DNA of 63,924 bases, counting the filler, from Circinaria calcarea (taxonomy: Eukaryota), in the NCBI GenBank assembly GCA_051942165.1. It is 3 parts of 3 records of this genome, joined end to end, with 100 filler letters (N's around TTAATTAATTAA, not from the genome) between each part and the next. Parts side by side here need not be neighbours in the genome. Positions count along the whole stretch, not along the records: positions 1 to 23,201 come from JAVECS010000122.1; 2 more parts are not named here. One strand, 5' to 3'. Positions 1 through 13,344 of this stretch are shown one piece after another. Made by a program: the position numbers and the translations under genes. The notes under the pieces are model-generated. The model worked only from the letters and a program-made list of their open reading frames with translations. It had not been told where the DNA came from and did no database searches. Numbering within the stretch: the stretch's first letter is position 1; each line of letters starts with the position of its first letter.

Positions 1-405
1 TTCAGCTTTCACTTTGTAATGAAGTCAACTTGAGCTTTTCTAAATGTCCCCATGCCACCTATTTCACACCATCGCAGATTTTAAGTCGTCAAGGCTACTA
101 AAGACAACTCGGCTGTCCTCGCTGAATGAGTAACTAGATGATAAAGGTTGTATTAACAAGAGTTAATCACTGTAAGGCCTAGGATTTCGGAGTGCTCTCT
201 CTATCATCCGGCGGGAGACAAAGCTGAAGGTATGCATGATCCATAAGTCCGTTGAAATCATCCAGAGAGACGGTTGGGCGAAACTGTATTGCAGGTAATA
301 ACCCGACTGAACTAGGGCTCTATCATTTAAACAGCTAAGCGAGATATCAATATTAAAAAGATTGTCCCTATATCAAGCTCTAGTTTGCGTGCTCTACAAG
401 AAAGG

Positions 406-1346
406 ATGGCCTCTGCTGTATTTTCCGTGCAGAAATATTTATTGCGACTACCTCCAGTTGCCCGACTGACCATGTTCATCCCTTCCAGAACGTTTTCTGT
501 CCTCAATCGCCCCCCTCCAAATTATGACGGCCATATCCCCCTCACACATATCGAGCGAGGTGCTCTGGCTGGAGGATCAGCGATTATGTCTTTACTCAAT
601 CCACGTCGCGGGGGTAGGTATGAGCACAGTCAGTCAGGCAGCATACACTCATCCGAGTGGTAGATCTCATTGCCGTCCTCGGGGAAACGACCGCAACACC
701 ATATTTCATCTATCGCTTACGTGACGCAATGCTCTCATCTCCTTGCGGGCGACGTATTCTCCGGGATCGACCGCGTATCACCTCTCAGACCATGTCTATG
801 GCGCATCTATGTACACTTCCCGCCAACAGTGTTGGGCGGACGTATGCAGCTTGGCTAAATAGGGAGGGCGTCAGCCCCGATACGAGAGACGTGGTCAAAT
901 ACATCGATGATGAAGAATGTGCCTACGTAATGCAACGTTACAGAGAATGTCATGATTTCTACCATGCCTTAACAGGCTTACCGGTCATGGTCGAGGGCGA
1001 GGTAGCCTTGAAGGCTTTTGAATTCGCGAACACGCTGTTACCGATGACGGGTTTAAGTCTATTCGCGGTTACAAGGCTGAAGCCAGCGGAGAGGTCGAGA
1101 TTCTGGAACATCTATCTGCCTTGGGCACTACATAATGGGATCAGAAGCAAGGAGATAATCAACGTCTATTGGGAAGAGGAGCTGGAAAGAGATGTAGGCG
1201 ATCTGAGGAAAGAGTTGGGCATTGAACGACCACCAGATCTAAGGCAGACGAGGAAAATTCTCAAAGAGCAGAGAAAGGTGGCAGGCGTAAAGAAAGAAAC
1301 CATGAGCAGACCGATGGCTGGTTGGGTCTTGATGCTTGACAAATAG
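406..1346 (+). CDS. COQ4: Ubiquinone biosynthesis protein Coq4 (2 exons, intron 614-663)
   Basis: ATG at 406. A GT..AG intron joins NPRRG to [11 protein letters not shown]. Contains [18 protein letters not shown] (HDxxH) and EVALKAFEF, typical of Coq4. Confidence 0.95.
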
Positions 1347-1455
1347 TGTTGTTGATATAGTCGACGACAGTAGAAAAAGCCGTGGTGTTGCTGTGTACAA
1401 CGCTTTCCGTTGCGCCGATGAAATCCTTCCATTACAATGAGGTCCAAACTCTACT

Positions 1456-2044
1456 CTACCAGTCACCTAGATCATCGTCATCCTCCCATCCACCTTTCCT
1501 CCGGCTGACTACTATCTTCCCCGTGCCCCCCTCTTTCTCGCTACTTTCTGCTACCGCCCCCAGAAGCTCCTTTAATTGCTCTTCCGTAATCTTCGACCTC
1601 AGCTGGCCGGATCGTGCCAGCATGATTAATCGGTTCTCGATGTCTGTAGCGCGTGACTCTTTGACGAGGCGGATACGGCCGAGGCGGTCGGCAGCTTCGG
1701 GAGTAAGGATTTGGGAGAGGATCGAATTGCGGGCATCGGCTGTGGGCGTGGACGATTAAATTGGTTTAAAGGGTGTTGGAAAGATATGGAAGGAGGAGTG
1801 GCAACCTACCCTCACGTTGACTATCGCAGACCCGTCAGTGGGATGTTGAAGGCTTAAGATACGGGGAGAGTCCGGCATACTGCTGCTGGCCATCCTTTTC
1901 ACCTGGATCTCCCCCGCCTGCCCCGCCCTGCTGCTGGAGCTGCGCAAGGCGAGCTTTTCGTATCTATTGGCCGAGTAGCTTTATTAGTACTGTGCTTAAT
2001 GAAGAATGCGACTGTCCTACCTCCTCTAAATCTGCGTCGGACAT
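1456..2044 (-). CDS. PDCD5-like double-stranded DNA-binding protein (4 coding exons including an 11-nt microexon at 1810-1820)
   Basis: Spliced translation MSDADLEE-IRKARLAQLQQQGG...QQ-HQRE-ADARNSILSQILTPEAADRLGRIRLVKESRATDIENRLIMLARSGQLRSKITEEQLKELL...WEDDDDLGDW*. This matches the PDCD5 family. Not represented in the ORF track. Confidence 0.9.
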
Positions 2045-4088
2045 TATTCGGTGCTCTGTGCCATAGAACCGTTAGCACCGTGGTTGTTGATAGTTAGCCG
2101 CGCGTGGAGTACCGGCCTCTGGTGCAAGGTTCGTTTGAAACCGAGCTAGCCTACCAACACGTGCCAAATCCTTGCAGTAGCGTGCTCAGCGGGTGATACT
2201 GTGGTCGCAAGGGAAATTGGTGTTAGCTCGACACTAGTAGATCATGCCTGTTTTAGTTAGACTCTGGAAAGACTTCGTTGGTTATATCTGATTTTTAACG
2301 AAGGTGAATTCGTGATACTTAGTAGTAGAATAGTAGTGCTGTAGTAAGAAGAATAGGCAGTAGCATGTCTGAAAAATTCAGTACATTTATAATGATTTGA
2401 GCGAGTATTTCAATGATTTTAGCGCCGAGCTAACACCAATTTCCCATCCGATCACAGTATTGTATCGTCAGTTCTTTCGTACAAAACATCGAGCATGAAC
2501 TAATCGTCGGTTGTGGAGGAGGCCCTTCGAGCGGCTCAAGGACCAGTTCCCCATCATCCCTCCTGGATATCGCGAATCCTCGGTGCATCCCGCCCACATC
2601 ATCTCTGGCTCCGCGGAACGTAGCAACTTACTTGGCGTTGATTTTTGCTTGTCAGGTCCTCCTGAACCTGAGGCAGCTGGAATTGCGTGTGTGAAATACA
2701 TAGCATAGAGGGTTGAGTACGGAGTATGGCGATCTAGACCCCATGCCTCTTTGCTGTTATACGCGCTTCTAGAATTCTGATCGAACCTGGACTTTTTAAA
2801 GAACCAATAGGATACCGAATAGCGGGAATATGTAAAGTGTTTGAACGGCAAGCTCCCGCGTGCTATCATGTGGGAATGCCCACGGCCAAACACGATTGAG
2901 TCTGCGGAAAGGGGAGAGGAGATGGTGCCCTGTGTCTTTTGTTGCTTGAGGCAGATTCTAGGAAGCACCTTTGTTGGTGCCTAGGTGGAATGTTACAGCA
3001 TCAGGTAAACCGGCATGCAGGAAGGGTGCCCGGCAGTAGCATATGATGCGCAGTAGCCCGAATCAATTTACCAGCAAGGCATGACAGTGCGCAGCATCCT
3101 GCATGAGCTGCGAACTATGCAGGACTGCATGCGGGATGAGCCACTTCTCCCTGACGCTCCCCATCCGGCATGATGGTTATTGTTCTTCCGAGACGACAGT
3201 TGGCATTGTCAGCATAGGACAGGCTGACGTTAGTAACGGTGAGAACTAGAGGCGCGGTAGTGGTATTTTCATGCAGACTTTGTCCACGTCCATCTGATTG
3301 TCAAGCCTCGATCACTGTCAATACACAACACAGACGCATATGTAGAACGATCCCCTACTCTGTGTTGATGAGATGTAGAGTAAAGACTCTACGGTTGTCC
3401 AAGTCGGTATACTAATACTCTATAATACCTTGGACCTTTGGGTAGGTACTCCAGATTGATGGAAATGTGGCGATGTGAAGGATATCCGGCATGCGGGGGA
3501 ATGAATCATCGAACGTCACAAATTATGTGCAAGGGTCGTATTACTACAATACCGTATTATTGACAATTCGCAATGACATAGCCGGCCAAGCCAACCCTGC
3601 CTTTTTGCTCGTGATTGGTGCAATTCAAGGGGAAAGGGCTGCAGGGCACAGCAAAAACATCCCCTTACCCCGTCGCCAGGAAGGAAGAGGAAGGACGCGC
3701 GAGAGAGAGAGAGTGAGTGTCCGCAACCAACTTACAACACGACGCTTTCGACTGTAGTCTTTGGTCCCCCGGTTGGCTACGAAGTGAGGACTTTCCGCCA
3801 CAGTCAGTCGTTTGCTGAATCACGGGCAATCATGCGCTAAAGTCATCCTAACACCGTCAAACCACTACCATCTCCGTTGACCTGTTTTTTGCCAGCAAGT
3901 CCTGGCGCAGTCGGAGCTTTCTGGCTGAAAGCCTGAATGGTCCAGGCCGGCCGAGTAAGTGCATGCACCGGAGTCATTCTCACTTTCCCCCATGACCGCT
4001 AGATCTCCAAGAGAAACCTTTGGATGGTGGAACGGTGCGCTGATGTCTATATCATCACAGCTACCGCCTACCCCCAGATCGCGGTGAG

Positions 4089-6231
4089 ATGCATCTTGGT
4101 GCCCCTCGAACCTCCCCACTTCGTCGCTCGGCCTCGATAAGTCCAGGTTTGTCAGCAACCCGCGGAAACGCCGCCAGGGCAGGTTCGCTTTCAACAGAGC
4201 CGACCATGGCGACAGTGATTACGGCCCCTGGACTACCTCCGTCTGGTCTACATCTTGAGGCGAGCTCGCTAAGCACTTTGCCCGACCCTCGAAGCCCAGA
4301 CGTATCGCCAAGGCTCTCCAGGAGCGCTTCCTCATCTCCGCACCCAGATCTGAACAGCGAGGTGGCTACATTGAGTAACAAGTTAATCTCGGCCATAAAC
4401 TATCAAACCAATCTTGATGACACTTTGACGGGGACCCGGCACGAGCTGGCGGCGGCCAAAGAGCGGATTCGGCAGCTTGAAGCCGAAGGCAAAGAGCACG
4501 CGAGGCTACTTGCCACCGGACTGCTCGTCAAAAAAGCAGAAGTGGAGGATGAGTCCGGTAAGCTCATGGCGAAGCTGGCGGAAGAACGTCAACGAAGGAC
4601 GGTAGTCGAGAAGGATAAGAAGGGTATCGAGCAAGAACTAATGAATCTAAGTACGGCTCTATTTGAGGAAGCGAATGAGGTACCTGATTTCCGCTCCCTC
4701 ACGACCAAATCCGGCTTACAGGAAGTAGATGGTTTCTGTTGCACGGAAGGAGCGGGAAGTGGCTGAACGCCGAAATGAACAACTCCGAGCTCAATTGAAT
4801 GACACGGAATTACTCTTGGCCTCGCATCAAGAACAACTCGCTGAGCTCAAGGCGGTTATGCAGCAAATGTCTGATCGTGAAGATCCAGATACCAACACAA
4901 ACGGATCAACAGCACCTTCAACTCCGGCTTTACCGAACCATGGCGATCTCAACAAGGTATTCGACGCTTTGCACATTCCTACGACAGCGCCTGGAGTAGA
5001 TGACATCTCACCAGCTCCGCCTACCAGCTTCTCTCAGCTTTTCTCTCCAGTCTTACGAACAGACCTCCAATCTTACGAGGACTTTCGGTCACTGATGCAG
5101 ATTTCGCGCAGATCAGCACCGGGGAGTCGGGTCACCAGTGGGTCATATAGCGGAGTAAACGTATTAGGATTGGGCATCGCGAGTAACCGAGATACCAACC
5201 ACCAGACTGGTCACGTAGCATCCAATGGCTCAACTACGTCCCTCTCGACCTCTGGCACCGTAAATCCATCACCTATTACTATGCCGAACACTCCAGCATC
5301 CTCAATCGCTAGTGTTCCATCTCCTGGAATGGCCTTGAAAGAGACGCGGTTCTATAAACGTGCTCTTGCCGAGGACATTGAACCCACTTTACGTCTTGAC
5401 ACGGCTCCAGGCCTTTCATGGCTAGCCCGTCGGACGGTGATCAACAGCATGTCGGAAGGCAGTTTAGTCGTTGAGCCAATGCCAGCCTCTAACAAGATGA
5501 ATGTTTTCTCATGCGCCCTTTGTGGCGAGAGTCGAAAGGGGGAGGAGTTCACGAGAACGCATCGGTTTCGCACGAGCGAAAATGAAAATGCCCAACGCTA
5601 TCCTCTTTGCAGCTATTGTCTCAACAGAGTCAGAGCGTCATGTGACTATCTTGGATTCCTGAGAATGATCAAGGACGGCCACTGGAGGGTTGACGGGAGC
5701 GAAGCTGAGAAGGCGGCATGGGAGGAAAGTGTTAAACTACGGGAAAGGATGTTCTGGGCTCGGATAGGAGGCGGTGTTGTCCCTGCGTTTATACACGCTC
5801 GAGATTCCCCACGGGTATCAGTTGATGATGCAAAACCGATTACGCCTTATAGTGCTCCGCCTGTCCTTAATGGTGATAGTATAGCTGACCAGAAAGGAGG
5901 TCCGTCTAAGGAGAACGATGATCCCTTCGGTTCAAGCACGAAGCGGGTAACTCTTGCGAGAAGGATTCTATCCCGTAACGATAGCGATGGAGACGATTGG
6001 GAAACAGCCAGGAAAGCGACAATTTTTGATGATACACCTCCGACAGGAACGCCACAGAAGGCCGTGGATCCAGTAGCAAAACAGCTTCAAACCGGCCTTC
6101 GCGGCTCCTTGAAATCGAAGCAAAGACCAGACTCGAAGGCCGAGGTTATCAATAAGGAGAAAGCAGACGCACCTCAGTCTCCGAATGAGTCGGGACTTTC
6201 AATTATCATACCTGGTGCATTCAATTTCTAG
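4089..6231 (+). CDS. SEC2: Rab GDP/GTP exchange factor Sec2 (intron 4680-4728; start codon uncertain, 4089 or 4207)
   Basis: Coiled-coil GEF core IEQELMNLSTALFEEANE|MVSVARKERE. C-terminal EDIEPTLRLDTAPGLSWLARR, CALCGE and YPLCSYC...RERMFWARIGGG motifs. Confidence 0.92.
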
Positions 6232-6667
6232 TCCCTTTAGCGCTGCATGATAGATTCTGCTTAAGTTTCCGTTACGAACGGGGAGGTCATGTGACGAGGT
6301 CGATATCATCAAATTAGAGGAATGCCACACACCGGCCCTAATGTATTTATACGCTTGTTATTCTTTTTGGTCAAAGTATGTAGCCAATTCATATTGAATG
6401 GAGGGGATTTATGAATATAAAACACTTCTTCCAGACGCTGCTCATGAGCTCCCAGAACATCTTTCTTGGGCACGAAGCGTACTCTGTATTTTCACTGTCA
6501 CACTCTGAAGCTCCGAGTAGGCTGAGGCAACTCGTTGAAGAGGTTATTTTTAGCACACGGCGTTTGACGCCTTGGGAAGCTTAGGTCGCTTTCTTCCATC
6601 TTCCCAGACAAGCTTGGAAATATGTACTTGCCGGTGAGCTATCCACCGCCCACTTGAAAGAACTCAC

Positions 6668-8360
6668 CTAGAACCCCTTGGCCTTCTGATGAATCTGCCT
6701 AATCTGCTCCTCCAGACTGAAGCCCTCCCTCGCACCACTTCCCCCCTTCTCCGCTGCACTACCTTGTCCGTCATAACTCCCCAGCGCCACTTTTTTCCTC
6801 CTTGCCGCCTCCTCTTCGCTGATGACTGGCTGCCCTGTTACTCCGTCAAACACGTCGCTCCGCTGAGAAGCCAACCGCTTGAGATTGGCCGCTACGTCGC
6901 TGGTGGAGAGATTGGTGGTGGATTGACGGAGGTCTGACTTGAGACGCTGCTCTTTCCAGCGAGGATCAAGTAGTTCAACTGCGCAGGGGAATGGTCAGCA
7001 GCGATTCCAAAAAGAAAGGTCCGGTTACGGTTGAAGTATACTTACTCCTCATATGTTGTTCTAACTCATCATTCGGTATCAACTCCTTGCAGTTCGGACA
7101 TAAAGACATCGTTACTGTCTGCCGCTTTGCTTGCGCCCGGGGTACGTAGTCATTCCGAATACGCATGGGCTGCCCTGCGCCGCCTTTGGCTGCTGCTTGA
7201 GCGGCGTGGGCACGTTCGCGGGCTTCCACACGCTCAGCAATGGCGCGCTCTTCTTCCTCGTCCTGAGCTAGTCTTGAAGGAGGCGTTTGGTTGATTTGAT
7301 AGTCCATGGATTGTGGTTGCTGGGCTTCGTAGGGGTTGTATGTCTGAGGAATGGGTGGGGGTTGCATGGAGAATTGTTGCTGTTGCTGCTGTGGTTCTTG
7401 CTGTGCATAGGGATTGTAGTAAACACTGTCATCGGTAGGCATTGACTCTTCAATACGCATATTGTGAGGTTGAAGCGACATTGCGGCTTTTTGTTCCAGA
7501 GAGGCAGACTGGAGGTCATTCAGGGAGGTCGGGGGTGGTAAGTCTGCTTGATCATCCGCTTCGGTAAATAGTACGGTTTCGACCACCACAAAATCATGCC
7601 AGTCAATTTGAGCGTATTCTAACTGCTCTTTTTCTTCTTCCTCCTCCTTCTTCTGTTTCTGCTGCTCCTTGAACTTCACCCATTCTGCCCTCTGCTTAGC
7701 CCGACCGAGAATATGGAAGCGGTCGGTAACGTTATTTTCAAGTTCTTGCATCCTAGCTTTCTGTGCTTTCCCTCCATCGACACTCGCTGCTTGCAGTAAT
7801 TCTGTATACTGGTCTACCAGACGGCTGAAGAACTGATATAGACTGTGCTGTGGTCGTAGGAAATCGAATTGGTAGTTCCGGGTTTCTCTTTGGGATAGAG
7901 TGGTCATGAAGGACCTCCCGTTCTTTGCAACGAACAGAGCCGTCAGCCTCACTACCTCCAAATCCTGTGCGTTGATGTTGGGCATTCGCGCAGAGAAGTG
8001 AAAATCCGGAGGCTGCGCCGGGCCCTTGGGCTTCTCTGGCTCCGCAGCGGGTGCGACCTCACCTGCTCGTCCTGCTGAGATGGCTGTCCCCCTGCCTTCC
8101 CTGACCTCGGTAAGCCGCCAGGCGTAAAAGGGGTTGTAAGCATCGTTTGCGCTCAAGAAAGAGAATTTCGGATTGTGCTTCTCTTTTTCCCGTATCCGGT
8201 CTTCGAAGACATTTCCGTTGCGCGCTACATATCCTGCAGTCTTCTCAACGATGGCTCGGATGTCCTTTGGAGGCAGAACGACTCCAGCAGGAGGCTTGCT
8301 CACTTCATCGGGGAGGGAAACTGTTGTTGCGCTATCACTGTTGATGGCAGAGGGCGCCAT
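6668..8360 (-). CDS. PRP21: SF3a splicing factor subunit Prp21/SF3A1 (intron 6979-7045)
   Basis: Two SURP domains (IVEKTAGYVARNG; VVRLTALFVAKNG), YAQIDWHDFVVVETV, CPNC...HMR|IELLDPRWKEQR. ATG at 8360; the ORF-track extension to 8705 is not supported. Confidence 0.93.
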
Positions 8361-8815
8361 CTCGAATGTATCCTTTGATCCTCCGATCTGATTTTGTCTG
8401 TCGTCCGTAGAAATTGGTAGAGGAATTCCTGGAAGCAAGGGAGTCGACTCATTCAGCCCTACCATGTCCGACGTTAGCGCCAAGATCCCTGGAGCTTCGT
8501 GCTTCCCTCTTTTCCCTCGCTTCCCTATAGAACTACCTGCCCTCGTGTGCCTCGTCAGGAGCGTGTCCTGAACAGCTAAGTCTAAGGAAAGCTTTCCATG
8601 GCCTGCCGGAGTTCTGCTCTGTCCGGTGTAGAGAAAGATTGCTAAGGGATCACTTTTACCCTTCTTACTTTCGTTTATCCTTATTTGACCAAACTTAACC
8701 ACCAACTCCTGCGAAGCGAGAGGGAGGCTGCCCTCCGTCGCGATTTTCTCTTCGCAACTGAGGTAGCCATCTCCTAGTTTGATTATACCATTGACCAGCC
8801 TGAGCTACGCCGGAA

Positions 8816-11800
8816 ATGGCTCCGAAGGGTTCGAACCGAGCGAATTCACAGAACGATGCTGTTCAGAGGCTGGAGATCCCGCGTGGAACCCAGGTATCTA
8901 AGGGAAAACCAAGCGATTACAGCTCGCACGGTGTTACCGACAATGACATCTTTCTATTACCCTCCTCAGACCTGCAACTCCTTGGGATATTAACCGCAAT
9001 CGCGGCTGCGATACGCCTATTCAGAATTTACCAGCCTAGCAGTGTCGTCTTCGACGAAGTGCAGTGAGCGATGAATGACCCTTTGCCTGACCGTGATGCA
9101 AGCTAATGGTAGTTCACAGCTTCGGTGGGTTTGCATCAAAATACATCAAAGGAAAATTCTTCATGGATGTACATCCACCTTTGGCAAAGCTCCTTATCAC
9201 TCTCGCGGGTTGGCTTGCCGGCTTCAATGGGGATTTTGACTTCAAGGATATTGGGAAGGACTATGTTGAGCCTAGTGTCCCATATGTGGCTATGCGGTTG
9301 CTCCCTGCTTTGATGGGCGTCATGACAGTACCCACCATATTCTTAACGCTGAAAGCCGCTGGGTGCCGTACGATGACTGCGGCCATGGGAGCGGGACTGA
9401 TTATTTTTGGTACAGCATCATATCAAAAATCGTCAGAGGTTGAAGCTTATAGCGCATACAGAGAATGGACTTCTTACACAGTCTCGTCTTATCCTCCTTG
9501 ACTCGCCATTGATCGTCTTCACCGCCTTCACCGCCCTTGCTTGGACATGCTTCACGAACCAGCATGAACAAGGCCCTTCGAGGGCATTCGATCCCAGCTG
9601 GTGGTTCTGGCTTACAGCTACTGGTGTCGGGCTTGGCGCAACTGTTAGTGTGAAGTGGGTTGGACTCTTCACCATTGCGTGGATCGGAAGCTTGACTATT
9701 CTACAACTATGGGTGCTTCTCGGGGATACCAAAACAGTCACTCCGGTATGTATAAGTTCTATGTAAGTCAATATGTTGCTTTAAGCTGAACTGTCGGATA
9801 GCGTCTCTGGTTTAAGCACTTTTCCGCAAGGGTGTTTTGCCTAATCATTATACCAATGGCCTTCTACATGGCTCTGTTTGCCATACATTTCGTGTGTCTT
9901 GTCAACCCAGGCGACGGTGATGGCTTCATGTCTTCGGAATTCCAGGCTACATTGAACTCGAAGGGAATGCAGGATGTCCCGGTAGATGTAGCATTGGGTA
10001 GCAGGGTCAGCTTGAGACATCACAATACACAGGGTGGCTACTTGCATTCGCACAATCACATGTATCCAACCGGTAGCAAACAGCAACAGATCACCTTGTA
10101 TCCACATAAGGACGAGAACAACATTTGGCTACTCGAAAACCAGACACAACCAGAGGGCTTAGATGGTCCCATAACGGGACCGAAAGCTTGGGATACGTTA
10201 GATCCGATTTTCATCCAGGACGGTGCCATAATCAAGCTGTATCATATTACCACGGACCGTCGTCTACATTCTCACGACGTGCGGCCTCCGGTCAGTGAGG
10301 CTGAATGGCAGAACGAAGCTTCCGCCTACGGATATGAAGGGTTCGAGGGCGATGCGAATGACCTTTTTAGGGTCGAAATAGTAAAGTCTATGTGCGACGG
10401 CGCAGAAGCAAAGAAACGGCTTCGGACTATCCAAACGAAGTTCAAGCTTGTTCACGTGATGACCGGCTGCAGTCTCTTCTCCCATAAGGTCAAATTGCCT
10501 GATTGGGCCTATGAGCAGCAAGAGGTTACCTGTGCTAAACAGGGTACGCTTCCCAACAGCATTTGGTATGTGGAGCAGAACGAGCATCCTATGCTCGGGG
10601 CAAACGCTGAAAAGGTCAATTACCGCAACCCAGGTTTCTTAGGTAAGTTCTGGGAACTGCAGAAAGTTATGTGGACCACAAACGCTGGACTCGTTGACTC
10701 TCACGCGTGGGACTCAAGACCACCATCTTGGCCAATCCTTCGTCGTGGGATCAATTTCTGGGGAAAGGATCACCGCCAGATTTACCTTATCGGAAATCCA
10801 GTCATCTGGTGGTCGTCTACTGCAGCTATCGCCGTTTACCTTACTTTCAAGGGATTGTCCATCTTGCGCTGGCAACGAGGCTACCAAGATTATGATAACG
10901 TCAACTTCAAGCGTTTTGACTACGAGATCGGGACTACGGTTTTAGGCTGGGCGTTCCATTACTTCCCATTCTATCTTATGCAGCGCCAGCTCTTTCTACA
11001 TCATTATTTCCCAGCCTTATATTTCGCGATCATGGCTTTGTGTCAGATATACGACTTCACCACGAATCGCATTAGTGGTCTTGGTCTCAAAGAGCGCCCA
11101 GCTATTGGGAGAGGGGGGATTGCAGCCTTCTTAGCTCTATCGATAGTTGCTTTTACGCTGTATGCGCCTTTGTCGTATGGTAATCCGTGGACCCAGGATG
11201 CCTGCAAGAAAGTGAAGCTTTTTGATACTTGGGACTGGGACTGCAATACGTTCCATACTGATGTATGATCACTCTTCGGCCCTTGTGCCTTCTGTAAAGA
11301 TCCTAGTGTAAGAGAGCTAACTGATGATTAAATTTAGCTGGCGCAATACTCGGCAGGGTCACCGAGTGCGGCGAATGCAGAAAAGACTGGCACACCATCT
11401 GCAAACCTCCAGAACGAGGAGCAAACCCCTGGTAGCGACGCCAATGTCACTCCACAGCCCTCCGTGGCGGAGTCGATTCTTAACCGTGAGGAGAAGGTTG
11501 AATATCGCGACCAAGACGGAAACCTACTTGATGAGAAGCAAGTCGCCGAACTAGAGGGTAAAGTCTCATTCTCAACTCGATACGAAACTAGAACAAGGGT
11601 TGTTGATGCCGACGGGAATGAAATCGCAGATGGGTCAGCAGGCGCTGAGGGCTTCGCACCACCGCATCCTGATGTGGATAGGGAACCTGAGACGGCTGCT
11701 GATGTGCCCGAAAATGATGGGCGAGACTCTCCGGCTACTGCGTCACTTGACGGAGACATCGGCAAGGAAAAGGCTGTGAACGAAGCGAAAACTGGAATGC

Positions 11801-11838
11801 CACGTCCGGCAAGCGAAGCAAAGGAGGCTACAAAGTAA
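8816..11838 (+). CDS. PMT1: Dolichyl-phosphate-mannose protein O-mannosyltransferase, PMT1 subfamily (5 exons)
   Basis: VVFDEVH-FGGFASKY...MDVHPPLAKLL, MIR domains (GGYLHSH, RRLHSHD), RQLFLHHYFPALYF and an acidic C-terminal tail EEKVEYRDQDGNLL. Canonical GT-AG introns link the ORF-track fragments. Confidence 0.93.
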
Positions 11839-12190
11839 CACATAATGCTATTGTTTCCACATGTACATTACGGTTTAGTACTTTTAGAAGAGACTTGAGA
11901 TTGAACGATTGGCGCTGAGAGAATAGAGTGACCATCACGTGTCTCCCTTCGGAAAAGTCTTCTCTTGACATGGTGGTAGCACTATCGCTGCCGGAACAGT
12001 ACAACAGATCGAAAATACAGGCCAGGTCTTTCTTGATGAGTCTATCGAAGGAGTACTCCTTAATGTAGATTATTGGACGAATTGCCTCCGAGGTCATGGA
12101 TTAATCATGAACGCGTTGTTGAAACTTCGGCCATTGCTCTATACCGATAAATTCTCATACTTAGGAATTCCCTTCTTTCTCACTCCGAGT

Positions 12191-12823
12191 TTAATACCCA
12201 TCCTTCCCCCACTTGTTGTACTTGTCGTGTAAGTGCTGTTGGTAAATCAATCAGCCACTGTCCTCGTTTGCGCTTTACCAGCTTGACGAAGAGGGCTCTC
12301 TACCTTTGGAAGGTTGACATTTGGAACTATGACGCTGTGGAGCGCACTCGGTGCGTCTTTGGGAGCTTTGTTCGGGTCTCCACCGGGATGATATTGGTAT
12401 TTGAAGTGCTCGCCTGCTCCCTGCCCTTTGGAGCTCTCGACTTGCCACGGCATGCTACCTTCAGCCATACTGACGGGCGCTTCGGAGGAAGATGCAGTAG
12501 GTTTACGACCTACGAAATTAGCAAAAGAGCGGCATACCCCAATGGGGTAAGTAAAGGAGACGAGTTACCTACCAAAGTGGAAACCCGCGAGGGCAAAGGC
12601 ACCAGACATGATAGCTAGGAGAATCTGTTTGTACCTTGAGCTGCGAGATCTGCGAACGAACCAAAATGTCGTTTTAACATACATAGAGCTCGGGGTCTTT
12701 CTTGGCTCCCTTCTGAAGAACACCAGCCGGCTTGTCTGAGCTCCCCGACTCGGCCGCTTTACCGACCGCTTTCGTTGCTGATTGGCTAATCTTGCTGGCC
12801 GCACGACCTATTGTTGCCGACAT
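12191..12823 (-). CDS. Small single-TM protein, probably mitochondrial, B12D/MLRQ (NDUFA4)-like (4 exons)
   Basis: Spliced: MSATIGRAASKISQ...QKGAKKDPELY|ILLAIMSGAFALAGFHFG|...AEGSMPWQ...FKYQYHPGGD...APSALHSVIVPNVNLPK|HLHDKYNKWGKDGY*. The gene structure is clear. The family call rests only on the KDPELY-plus-TM resemblance. Confidence 0.6.
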
Positions 12824-13344
12824 GTCGCTTTCCACGTGGATGTGTGAGCAGTCAAAGGTGGTTATTCACTGTCTTTGCATGCAATCATGAGTGTCACAAT
12901 TACCGTACGTGAGTACCTGACGTCGACCGGAGGGGCGGGCGGTACGTACAGTAGCGGGACACTAGTCCGTTTTCTTTAATCCGGGAACCGGGTTGCTTAA
13001 TGGACAGTAGAATACGGTAAAGGCCTCGCCTCGCCTCGCCTCATTCGCCCCTTCCGTTTGAAATACTCTTAGTTACAACGTATTGTACATGTTCCCTTTC
13101 TGTTTGATCTGTGGGCAGCAATGGTAGCCTTCGATTCTTCTTGCAGTACGCTTATACCAAGACCACATACGTCCTGGTAAACCTCTGAAATCCCCCTTAA
13201 CGACCGGGCTCTGTCTTGCAAGGAACATTTGTCACACCAAGCTTTCATACCCTCTTCCTCCACACCCTCTACCGCAGTCCTCGCGTCTTACTCTTTCACT
13301 TCATGTCCTAACCATCTCTCGCCCCGATCTGTTTTGGTGGGAGT

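Noticed and set aside
2468..2968. 166-aa minus-strand ORF and overlapping plus-strand ORF
   Set aside because: Non-ATG start, no recognisable motif or splice structure; probably chance ORFs in a long divergent intergenic region.
3090..3140. Short TCCTGCAT/ATGCAGGA inverted repeats
   Set aside because: Stems of 8-11 nt only; no TIR/TSD pattern or ncRNA features.
8361..8705. N-terminal extension of the PRP21 ORF in the track
   Set aside because: It begins at a non-ATG codon and runs through the PRP21/PMT1 promoter; homology starts after ATG 8360.
13023..13042. (GCCTC)4 and similar microsatellites (GA at 3701, AAGGC at 30494)
   Set aside because: Ordinary short tandem repeats; no spacers, so not CRISPR-like.
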